From the NCBI GenBank assembly GCA_946185585.1, contig CAMHJP010000002.1:1-54657 (forward strand): a DNA stretch of 54,657 bases, in the 5' to 3' direction. Below are positions 18,418 to 25,748 of this stretch, one piece after another; position 1 is the first letter of the stretch; every line of letters begins with the position of its first letter. Position numbers and translations under genes: made by a program. The notes under the pieces are model-generated. The model worked only from the letters and a program-made list of their open reading frames with translations, had not been told where the DNA came from and searched no databases. Source of the DNA: an uncultured Bacillales bacterium. Its GTDB lineage: Bacteria; Bacillota_I; Bacilli_A; RFN20; CAG-826.

Positions 18418-18680
18418 ATGCAAAAATAAGCGAAAAAAAGCCTAATTTATAATATTTATTAAAGAAAATAGAGAATTTGTTTGCTTCAAAAGCTCATTTA
18501 TAGGCTTCTTTCTGAGGTAGGTAGTTTTGAGCATTTAGGTTGTTTTAAAGAAAAGGGGAGTGGTTGTAGACAATGTATAGTTGTTGAAAGAAAAGACGTG
18601 TTTTCCTCGGTCTTTATGGTGAGAGAAACTATCTTGTTGTATAATCTTAACTAGATTATGCCTAGAAAAGGATTACAATT

Positions 18681-19214
18681 ATGAATCAAATCATTATACG
18701 TAAACTTGACAATGCTCATGCTTTGGACGCACGTCTTCCCAATCAGCCTTTCCAGTTGTGGGGGCGGGTAATTCCCACCTTACAGGATGGGAAATGGTCA
18801 TATCGTGTCCAGAAGAGTAATCAGATCGGTGAAGACTGTTTTCCTGATGAGGAATACGATGTTACCCGTGATGACCGTATTTTTTTCGGCGCATATTCTG
18901 AAGAACAATGTGTGGGCCTGGCTGTTCTGCGCAAGGAATGGTACAGATACCTGTATTTGGATGATTTGAAGGTAAATGCTGATCTTCGTGGTCATGGAAT
19001 TGGTGGAATGCTGATTGAAGCAGCTATGGAGGAGGCCAAGGCGTTGGGCCTCCATGGTGTATATACAATCTGTCAGGATACGAATGCGTCCGCTTGTCTG
19101 TTTTATCTGAAACATGGTTTTACAATCGGTGGCTTTGACAACCGTGTTTATGACGGCACTAAACTGGAGGGTACCGGCAATATCATTTTTTATCGGGAAT
19201 TAGAAAGCCTATAA
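18681..19214 (+). CDS. streptothricin N-acetyltransferase-like GNAT (Sat family)
   Basis: 177 aa. LRKEWYRYLYLDDLKVNADLRGHGIG and LHGVYTICQDTNASACLFYLKHGFTIGGFDNRVY parallel the Sat4/SatA blocks. Visibly higher GC and a different codon choice (CTG, GGC) than the flanks. Confidence 0.65.
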   Translation: MNQIIIRKLDNAHALDARLPNQPFQLWGRVIPTLQDGKWSYRVQKSNQIGEDCFPDEEYDVTRDDRIFFGAYSEEQCVGLAVLRKEWYRYLYLDDLKVNADLRGHGIGGMLIEAAMEEAKALGLHGVYTICQDTNASACLFYLKHGFTIGGFDNRVYDGTKLEGTGNIIFYRELESL

Positions 19215-19225
19215 CAGAGGTAGAT

Positions 19226-19462
19226 GGTGGTCATATCGGTGATGGTGTAAGACCAAGTGAAAGAAGAAAAGGATACGCAACCGAAATTATCCGTCTAGGT
19301 TTGGAAGAGTGCAAAAAATTAGGCATTACAAAAGTTTTAATTGTTTGTGATAAGGACAACATAGGATCAAGAAAATCCATTTTGAACAATGGGGGAGTTC
19401 TTGAAAATGAAATTGATGTTGATGGAACAATTGTGCAACGATATTGGATCAACATATCTTAA
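19226..19462 (+). pseudogene. 5'-truncated GNAT acetyltransferase fragment
   Basis: Frame without a start codon encodes GGHIGDGVRPSERRKGYATEIIRLGLEECKKLGITKVLIVCDKDNIGSRKSILNNGGVLENE...RYWINIS*, that is only the acetyl-CoA-binding C-terminal half. Confidence 0.65.
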
Positions 19463-19572
19463 TAGAAAAAAATTTTTGTAACATTTATTTTTCTGTTTGT
19501 AACATATTTTCGGGTAAGCTGTAACATTTGTATTAATCTTGGAGCTTATTTCCATTCGTCAAGGGTGGCGAA

Positions 19573-20737
19573 TCTGAACCAAAAATTCGGATTTGCTTAG
19601 TATAAGCAAAAAAATAACGGTCAAAAATGGCCGTTATTTTTATACCATTCATCTTCTTTTTCTGCTGGGCTTAAGCCGCCATTATAAGTGTGAACCCTTC
19701 CAAAATTATAAAAATTAAAATACCTTTCTAAATATTCTTTTGCTATTCTTGAATTTTCATAGTGCTCAATATGTTTATTGAGTTCCTCACTTCTTAGCCT
19801 AGAAAAGAAGCCTTCAATGGGGGCATTATCATTTGGTACTCCTTTATAAGAGAATGACTGTTTAACGCCTAACACTTCTAACATTTCCATAAATTCATTT
19901 GTTTTAAATTCTGATCCTTGGTCCGTGTGAAATATTAAATCTAGTGGTTCGTTTCGGTTTTCAAATGCGTCTTTGAATGTCAAAACCACCAAACTGCCGT
20001 TTCGATTCGATGATATCCTCCATGCGACTATCATTCTTGAAAAGAGGTCCATAATTGCACATAAATAAAAAGAGACTCCTCTTATTTTGAACTCTAATAA
20101 ATCGCTTGTCCAAACTTTGTTTGGAGCGTCTGCATTAAACTGTTGTTTTAATAGATTTCGGTAATAATTTCTTTTTTCTTTATCGACTTTTGGCGTTTTT
20201 CTTTTAATAACATTTTCTTTAACTAAATTATTAGTTTTCATTATTTTAAGGACTGTTTTTTTATCTGCAATAATTCCCTTTTTCTTTAACGCTAAAACAA
20301 TCTTGTTAGCTCCGTATACGCGGTTGGATTCTTCGAACACATTGATCACTTCTTGAGTCAAATCTTCAACACGTTGAACATACCAAGGTTTCTTTGCTCT
20401 TGTATATAAGTGATGATATAAAGTGCCCTTATTAATCTTAATAGTGTCACTTACCTCATAAAGATTGTAATCAGGATGTTCATTTAAAAACTTTTCCGCA
20501 GCGATTTCTTTTTCTTTAACTGAAGAATTGATACTTATATTTATGTTTTCCCAAATAAATAGTTTTCTTTTTAATTGCTTATTTTCTTCTGTTAATTACG
20601 ACTTTCTAATCATTTTTACTTCCACCTTAAGAAAAACTAATAATGTTAATTATAGAATTCACGTCAATTCACATAGTGCTTTTCTTTATTTCGTTTGCAA
20701 CAATGATCTCAATTGTAAGTGCACCTGGTTTTCAAAT
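19573..20737 (-). mobile_element. decayed IS3-family insertion sequence (ends approximate)
   Basis: Contains an rve-type OrfB and only a stub of OrfA. Candidate ends TGAACC... (19573) and ...GGTTTTCA (20737) both give TGAA termini, but the inverted repeats are weak. Confidence 0.45.
19621..20595 (-). pseudogene. IS3-family transposase OrfB (DDE integrase core); OrfA reduced to MIRKS*
   Basis: Integrase-core blocks WTSDLLEF...YLCAIMDLFSR, HTDQGSEF and PIEGFFSRLRSEE. The frame is open to 20595 through a leucine-zipper remnant LTEENKQLKRKL. The upstream ATG 20613-20611 gives 5 codons and then TAA. Confidence 0.7.
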
Positions 20738-20829
20738 GAATATTAGGGAATGGACGTATCACTTTAGTTGTCTGCGCCCCAATTTTTATGGCAAAAAGTA
20801 CCAATTTGGTAGTTTGCCCCATTCGTTAA

Positions 20830-20862
20830 CTACAGTATCGATACAATTCGGTACTATTTTTA
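20830..20862 (+). repeat. copy B of the tRNA-distal terminator sequence
   Basis: CTACAGTATCGATACAATTCGGTACTATTTTTA is about 80% identical by eye to 18383-18417. Confidence 0.6.
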
Positions 20863-20870
20863 TTTAATTG

Positions 20871-20982
20871 TGATATAATCACCACTGGGAATGATGTCTC
20901 CCTTCTAGGAATAGAAAACCGCAAGAACAAGCTGATGACGTCTATGACTTATTTTGTCGTAGAAATCAGCTTTTTATTTTCT
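20871..20982 (+). promoter_or_regulatory. extended -10 promoter plus long terminator hairpin forming a leader or sRNA unit upstream of the antiporter gene
   Basis: TGaTATAAT at 20871-20879. Hairpin GGGA-N8-TCCC. Long hairpin AAGCTGAT...TCTATGAC-ttatttt-GTCGTAGA...ATCAGCTT followed by TTTTTATTTT. The SD and ATG follow at 21002. Confidence 0.45.
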
Positions 20983-21001
20983 ATGACGGATTGGAGATTA
21001 T

Positions 21002-22213
21002 ATGAATATATTTCTATCCTTATTTATTATCTTTGGTGGTGGCATACTTGGTGGTTTTGTTTTTGAAAAAATCAAACTCCCAAAACTAGTTTGGTATATC
21101 ATACTTGGAATATTAATTGGTCCGTCACTATTAAACATTGTTGATGACACACTTTTATCTATTTCTTCTTATTTAAGACAGGTAGCATTAGTAATTATTC
21201 TTACTAGATCCGGCTTATCATTAGATATTAAAAATTTAAAAAAGATTGGTAGACCCGCCATATTAATGTGTTTTGTGCCGGCATGTTTTGAAATAGTGGG
21301 CATCACCATATTTGCCCCTCTATTCTTAGGAATATCCCATTTAGAAGCTTTGCTTCTTGGTTCTGTTCTTGCTGCGGTGTCTCCAGCGGTTGTCGTTCCA
21401 AGAATGATTAAATTAATGGAAGAAGGATATGGTAAAAAGCATAGCGTTCCTGAACTAGTTATGGCTGGAGCATCGTGTGATGATATCTTCGTTATCGTTC
21501 TTTTCTATTCGTTTAAGAATCTTGTAGCAACATCTACATTTGATGCTTGGGGAATATCACAAATTCCAATTTCTATAGTGACTGGAATCGCTTTAGGCAT
21601 TGGTGTTGGCTTTTTGATGGTCTTAATTATCCGTTATCTTAAATTTAACAAAATAATTAATGTTATTTTCATGCTTGGTTTATCTTTTGGTATGCTAGCG
21701 TTAGAGCAAACTCTAAAACCATATTTTAGTGTCTCATCTTTACTCGCAATTATTGTTATGGCTTTGGTGGTGAATATCTTTAAAAAAGAAGAGGCAAAAG
21801 AAATTCAAAAATCCTATAACGGGTTATGGCAAGGTTTTGAAATATTACTTTTTGCTTTAGTTGGTATAGCCACCGATGTTCATTACGCTTTTTCTAAAGA
21901 AGGCGCCATCATCGTGGGGCTAATCTTCATTGCCTTAATCTTTAGAAGTTTAGGAGTCTTTGTCTGTGTGTTAGCTACAAAGTTTACCTGGAAAGAAAAG
22001 ATTTTTATCATTATTTCCTATTTACCAAAAGCCACTGTTCAGGCTTCAATCGGTGCGATTGCTCTTTCTGAAGGATTAGCATGTGGAATATTGGTGTTGA
22101 CCGCTGCAGTAGTGTCGATTTTAATAACAGCTCCTTTAGGGGCTATACTTATGGACTCACTTTATAAGAAACTACTAAATAAATGCGAACCGATTACTGG
22201 ATGCATCTCTTAA
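21002..22213 (+). CDS. cation:proton antiporter (Na+/H+ exchanger family)
   Basis: 403 aa, about 11-12 TM helices, typical CPA-type N-terminus (GGILGGFVFEKIKLPKLVWYIILGILIGPS). SD GGAG. Confidence 0.75.
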   Translation: MNIFLSLFIIFGGGILGGFVFEKIKLPKLVWYIILGILIGPSLLNIVDDTLLSISSYLRQVALVIILTRSGLSLDIKNLKKIGRPAILMCFVPACFEIVGITIFAPLFLGISHLEALLLGSVLAAVSPAVVVPRMIKLMEEGYGKKHSVPELVMAGASCDDIFVIVLFYSFKNLVATSTFDAWGISQIPISIVTGIALGIGVGFLMVLIIRYLKFNKIINVIFMLGLSFGMLALEQTLKPYFSVSSLLAIIVMALVVNIFKKEEAKEIQKSYNGLWQGFEILLFALVGIATDVHYAFSKEGAIIVGLIFIALIFRSLGVFVCVLATKFTWKEKIFIIISYLPKATVQASIGAIALSEGLACGILVLTAAVVSILITAPLGAILMDSLYKKLLNKCEPITGCIS

Positions 22214-22399
22214 CCCGAGGAAATAGCAACATTTGTATCATTTGTGGTGAATACAACCCAGCTTTTAGGGCAAAAAGTATCACTTTAGTAATCTGCTGTC
22301 ACCGATTTTTCGTGGATTTGCCTCAGCTGAAAGCAACAATTATTGTGGTGAAACCTTCTTTATTATTAAAAATAAAAAAACGACATTTTTCAGCAAAAA

Positions 22400-22460
22400 C
22401 TGTAAATATCAGTAAATATCTGTAATAATGTTGTCATTACCTGTAATAAACCGGTAAAAA
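22400..22460 (+). repeat. 10-bp phased direct repeats (CTGTAAATAT family)
   Basis: CTGTAAATAT / CAGTAAATAT / CTGTAATAAT / (GTTGTCATTAC) / CTGTAATAAA / CCGGTAAAAA. GTAAT...ATTAC also forms an inverted pair. Confidence 0.6.
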
Positions 22461-22468
22461 AGTGTATG

Positions 22469-22505
22469 TTCACTCAGTCGCAGGTAATGTATTCACTCAG
22501 TCGCA
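22469..22505 (+). repeat. two perfect 14-bp direct repeats TTCACTCAGTCGCA, 23-bp period
   Basis: Copies at 22469-22482 and 22492-22505. Confidence 0.8.
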
Positions 22506-22551
22506 AACAAGCCAATGAGTGTTCAATTCGTTCCACCGGTACAAAGCGCAT

Positions 22552-22582
22552 TACAGTATCGAGAAATCGGTACTGTTTTTTT
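22552..22582 (+). repeat. copy C of the tRNA-distal terminator sequence, preceded by a tRNA-3'-end-like remnant
   Basis: TACAGTATCGAGAAATCGGTACTG followed by T7. The upstream GTGTTCAATTCGTTCCACC resembles the GCGTTCAAATCCTGCCTCCGCAACCA of the tRNA at 18297. Confidence 0.55.
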
Positions 22583-22597
22583 GTTATAATTAGAACA

Positions 22598-22939
22598 ATG
22601 AAAACCGATATGATAATCCATAATTTCAAAACTTTCGATGAGTTTTACGCATATTTAAAGGAAAACTCTACAAAAGAAAATGAGGTTTTTGTTGTGATTT
22701 CTAGAAAAAGACCCGAGAATTGCGGTGATATTTTAAGTTATTACGACGCTGTAAAAGTGGCATTATGTTTTGGGTGGATTGACTCTACTTTACGAAATAT
22801 TGATGGAAAACTCGTTCAACGTTTCTCTCCTAGAAGGAAGAATTCCCACTGGACAAAAACAAACATTGAACGATGTAAAGAACTCGATAAACTTGGCCTC
22901 TTAACAAAAGAAGGCAAGAAAGCTTGTCCAAAGTTTTAA
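22598..22939 (+). CDS. YdeI/OmpD-associated family protein
   Basis: ATG 22598 is preferred because the track's upstream extension runs through repeat DNA. Block YYDAVKVALCFGWIDSTLRNIDGKLVQRFSPRRKNSHWTKTN is typical of the family. TATAAT at 22585-22590 lies 7 nt upstream. Confidence 0.55.
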   Translation: MKTDMIIHNFKTFDEFYAYLKENSTKENEVFVVISRKRPENCGDILSYYDAVKVALCFGWIDSTLRNIDGKLVQRFSPRRKNSHWTKTNIERCKELDKLGLLTKEGKKACPKF

Positions 22940-22950
22940 AAAAGTAAATG

Positions 22951-22976
22951 AAGGGATCAATTGGATCCTTTTTTAT
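22951..22976 (+). terminator. intrinsic terminator
   Basis: Hairpin AAGG(G)ATC-AATTG-GATCCTT followed by T6. Confidence 0.6.
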
Positions 22977-23009
22977 TTACATCTATTAAATAGTGATTAT
23001 AATTATGTG

Positions 23010-23025
23010 GTTAGGTTATCCTAAC
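23010..23025. promoter_or_regulatory. DtxR-family-type operator palindrome upstream of the HMA/ZIP operon
   Basis: GTTAGGttatCCTAAC. It has the same arms as the two sites flanking the dtxR-like/feo junction. Confidence 0.55.
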
Positions 23026-23041
23026 TAATGAGGAAATTATT

Positions 23042-23290
23042 ATGTACAAATATACTTTAGGAATTGATGGAATGGCCTGTGGCGCATGTGAAGCCCACGT
23101 CAAAAATAAACTGATCCGTCGTTTGAAATGTAAAAAAGTCAAAGCAAGCCACATCAAAAATAATGTGGTGATCTTCTCGGAAGAAGACTACAAAGAAGAA
23201 GATTTTAAAAAGATTCTTGACCCAACTGGTTATATCGTTACATCTTATCAATGTGATTTAGCCCAAAAGAAACTCTTCGGCTGGAGGTAA
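23042..23290 (+). CDS. heavy-metal-associated (HMA) domain metallochaperone-like protein
   Basis: 82 aa with an N-terminal GMACGAC (MxCxxC) motif. Confidence 0.75.
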   Translation: MYKYTLGIDGMACGACEAHVKNKLIRRLKCKKVKASHIKNNVVIFSEEDYKEEDFKKILDPTGYIVTSYQCDLAQKKLFGWR

Positions 23291-23296
23291 TTAGTA

Positions 23297-24091
23297 GTGA
23301 AAGATTATGCTTACCCTTTAATTGGTATCCCTCTAATCTTTTTATGTACGACTCTTGGAGCACTTTTTGTTTTCTTCTTTAGAGGAAAAGAAATCTCTCT
23401 AAAACTAAATAAGATTTTTACTGGTTTTGCTGCTGGAGTGATGTTTTCCGCCTCTTTCTTCTCGCTTATTAAACCAGCGATTGAAAGTGACGTCACTTAC
23501 ATGCCAACCTGGGTTATTGCGGTGATCTCTATTGTTCTAGGTGCTTTATTCCTATGGGGCATTGATAAACTTGTTCCACACTTCCATAGTGCCGAACAAC
23601 AAGATGAAGGTTTACCTTCAAGAAAACTTAGCAAAACATCAAAGATGTTCCTTGCGGTCACTATCCACAATGTTCCAGAAGGTTTATCCGTTGGTATTGC
23701 CTTTGGTGTCGCCTTAGCTAACCCAGGTAACCAAGCTTTACTTGTTGGAGCTTTACTTCTTTCCATCGGTATTGGTATTCAAAATATTCCAGAAGGCGCA
23801 GTGGTCTCTCTTCCTTTAAAAGCAGAAACTGGATCAAGTAAAAAAGCTTTCTTATTTGGTATGCTTAGCGGTGCAGTTGAGCCAGTTGCCGCTGTGATTG
23901 GCTTATTCCTTGCTATGCAAATCCAAGGAATTATGCCATGGGCTCTTGCTTTTGCTGCTGGTTGTATGATTTACGTTGTTGCTGAAGAAATGATTCCAGA
24001 AATGACAAGTGAAGGTCATGACCATTATGGAGTTTGGTCATTTATCATCGGTTTTGTCATTATGCTCGCACTTGATTGCATTCAGTTTTAA
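23297..24091 (+). CDS. ZIP family metal (zinc/iron) transporter
   Basis: 264 aa, multi-TM, with HNVPEGLSVG and QNIPEG motifs. GTG start. Confidence 0.8.
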   Translation: MKDYAYPLIGIPLIFLCTTLGALFVFFFRGKEISLKLNKIFTGFAAGVMFSASFFSLIKPAIESDVTYMPTWVIAVISIVLGALFLWGIDKLVPHFHSAEQQDEGLPSRKLSKTSKMFLAVTIHNVPEGLSVGIAFGVALANPGNQALLVGALLLSIGIGIQNIPEGAVVSLPLKAETGSSKKAFLFGMLSGAVEPVAAVIGLFLAMQIQGIMPWALAFAAGCMIYVVAEEMIPEMTSEGHDHYGVWSFIIGFVIMLALDCIQF

Positions 24092-24125
24092 AACCATTGA
24101 TTTTTGAGTTATTTTTGAATACTCT

Positions 24126-24161
24126 ATAAGCAAGATAATAAGCAAGATAATAAGCAAGATA
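24126..24161 (+). repeat. three perfect tandem copies of ATAAGCAAGATA abutting the Fic promoter
   Basis: The 12-bp unit occurs 3 times at 24126-24137, 24138-24149 and 24150-24161. TTGATT (-35) follows at 24165. Confidence 0.85.
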
Positions 24162-24170
24162 ATATTGATT

Positions 24171-24184
24171 CTTTCTATAGAAAG
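24171..24184. promoter_or_regulatory. perfect 14-bp palindrome in the -35/-10 spacer of the Fic promoter
   Basis: CTTTCTATAGAAAG lies between TTGATT (24165-24170) and TATAAT (24188-24193). Confidence 0.55.
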
Positions 24185-24199
24185 TAGTATAATTTAAGT

Positions 24200-25198
24200 A
24201 TGGAAAAGTATTATCCTCCATTTAAAATTACAAATGAGATGCTTTCTCTGGTTGCCTCGATCATGGAAAAAATCGGAAAAGTTGATTCTTTTAATAACCT
24301 TGATAAACTTCCGATTTTAAGAAAACAAAATCGTATTAAATCAATTCACTCCAGTTGTGCTATTGAAGCGAATTCATTGTCTTTTGATCAGGTTCAAGAT
24401 GTGATTAACGGAATCAATGTTGTTGGCCCACAAAAAGATATTATTGAAGTACAAAATGCTATTGAAGCTTATAAGGAAATCGAAAATATTAATCCATTTG
24501 ATGAAGAGGAATTAAAACGAATTCACTTTATATTTGGTAAAAACGTTGTTAAAAACCCAGGAAAGTATCGTTCTGGTAATGAAGGTGTTAGCGATGAAAA
24601 CGGAAACATTGTTTTTGTCGCCCCACAACCGAACCTTGTTCCTATTCATATGTCCAACTTATTTTCGTGGATAAAAAAAGAATTTAAAACAGTTAATCCT
24701 TTAATTTTATCTTCCGTATTTCATTATGAATTTGTCTTTATTCATCCGTTCAGCGATGGAAATGGGCGAACCGTTCGTTTTTGGCAAAACGCTATCCTAG
24801 GTAAATGGAAACCAATATTTTATTGGTTACCAATCGAGAATAAAATTCAACAATACCAAGAAGATTACTATAAAGCGATTAGTATGTCGCATCTAAATGG
24901 CGAATCAACCGCATTTATTGTTTTTATGCTTAAAATGATTGATCAAACCTTTTCTGATTTACTTTCTGATGCATTTGACTATGAAAACTCGACTTCTATT
25001 TATATAAAAAAACTACTTGAAAGCTTAAAACCATACATTTGGTATACATCAAACGATATCCTTAAAGCCCTAGGGCTAAAAAGTAAAGAAGCCTTAAGAA
25101 AGAATTATTTAGGACCAGCAATCAAAAAAGAACTAATTATTTTAGAATTTCCAGATAAACCAACATCAAAAAATCAACGCTATAAATTGGTTCGCTAA
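24200..25198 (+). CDS. Fic family protein (AMPylase/Fido domain)
   Basis: 332 aa with the canonical HPFSDGNGRTVR (HPFxxGNGR) motif. ATG lies 6 nt after TATAAT and there is no SD. Confidence 0.85.
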   Translation: MEKYYPPFKITNEMLSLVASIMEKIGKVDSFNNLDKLPILRKQNRIKSIHSSCAIEANSLSFDQVQDVINGINVVGPQKDIIEVQNAIEAYKEIENINPFDEEELKRIHFIFGKNVVKNPGKYRSGNEGVSDENGNIVFVAPQPNLVPIHMSNLFSWIKKEFKTVNPLILSSVFHYEFVFIHPFSDGNGRTVRFWQNAILGKWKPIFYWLPIENKIQQYQEDYYKAISMSHLNGESTAFIVFMLKMIDQTFSDLLSDAFDYENSTSIYIKKLLESLKPYIWYTSNDILKALGLKSKEALRKNYLGPAIKKELIILEFPDKPTSKNQRYKLVR

Positions 25199-25246
25199 AA
25201 TAATTTGTTATTTACTATTGAATACAAAAGTAATTATATTAATGTT

Positions 25247-25618
25247 ATGAAACGCTACGAATCCACAGAAGACTATTTAGAAAAGATCCTTCAATTATCT
25301 GATATTAAAGAAGAAGTTCACGCTGTTGATATTGCTCGTGAAATGTCTTTCTCTAAACCTTCTGTTTCTGAAGCTATGGGAAAACTAAAAGACCAAGGCT
25401 ATATCGAAATTGGTCAAAAAGGAGCAATTACTTTAACTCCAAGCGGAGAAGAAATTGCTAAGAAAACTTTAGAAAAACACGTTATTCTCACCAAGATGTT
25501 ACTTGCTTTAGGAGTGGATGAAGAAACCGCCTCTGATGATGCATGTCGCATGGAACACGATATCTCTGATAAAACCTGGGAATTAATTAAGAAACACTAC
25601 GAAGAAAAAGGAAAATAA
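25247..25618 (+). CDS. DtxR/MntR-family metal-dependent transcriptional repressor
   Basis: Starts MKRYESTEDYLEKILQL. Contains wHTH AVDIAREMSFSKPSVSEAMGKLKDQGYI and the dimerisation/metal region RMEHDIS. ATG 25247 is preferred over the track's TTG 25205. Confidence 0.8.
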   Translation: MKRYESTEDYLEKILQLSDIKEEVHAVDIAREMSFSKPSVSEAMGKLKDQGYIEIGQKGAITLTPSGEEIAKKTLEKHVILTKMLLALGVDEETASDDACRMEHDISDKTWELIKKHYEEKGK

Positions 25619-25653
25619 ACCTGTAGGTTTATCACATTTATAAAAAGTGAAAG

Positions 25654-25677
25654 AGTTAGGATTTCCTAACTTTTTTC
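25654..25677. terminator. terminator hairpin that is also a copy of the GTTAGG-N4-CCTAAC palindrome
   Basis: AGTTAGGAtTTCCTAACT followed by T6. Confidence 0.65.
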
Positions 25678-25712
25678 TTTACTTACGTACAGCGAGGTCT
25701 ATAATATTGTTG

Positions 25713-25728
25713 GTTAGGAAATCCTAAC
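25713..25728. promoter_or_regulatory. DtxR-family-type operator overlapping the feo promoter
   Basis: GTTAGGaaatCCTAAC lies 7 nt downstream of TATAAT (25700-25705) and upstream of the feoA SD. Confidence 0.6.
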
Positions 25729-25748
25729 TTTTTGAAGGAGGTTCTTCT

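Noticed and set aside
19231-19455. 74-aa minus-strand ORF.
   Set aside because: The plus strand of the same DNA encodes a convincing GNAT C-terminal fragment (RKGYATEIIRLGLEECKKLGITKVLIVCDKDN...), so the minus-strand ORF is incidental.
20528-20867. Two short plus-strand ORFs (72 and 74 aa) beside the transposase.
   Set aside because: They lie antisense to, or within, the 5' remnant of the IS3 element and the junction repeats, and their hydrophobic low-complexity translations have no start signals.
22183-22425. 80-aa ORF downstream of the antiporter gene, and the 44-codon 5' extension of the 22466 ORF.
   Set aside because: They run through repeat-rich non-coding DNA (dispersed junction motifs, phased decamers, 14-bp direct repeats, a terminator copy) and have no SD. 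The YdeI-like homology begins only at ATG 22598.
24126-24161. Possible CRISPR or minisatellite.
   Set aside because: There are only three contiguous 12-bp units, with no spacers and no cas genes. It is interpreted as a promoter-proximal tandem repeat.
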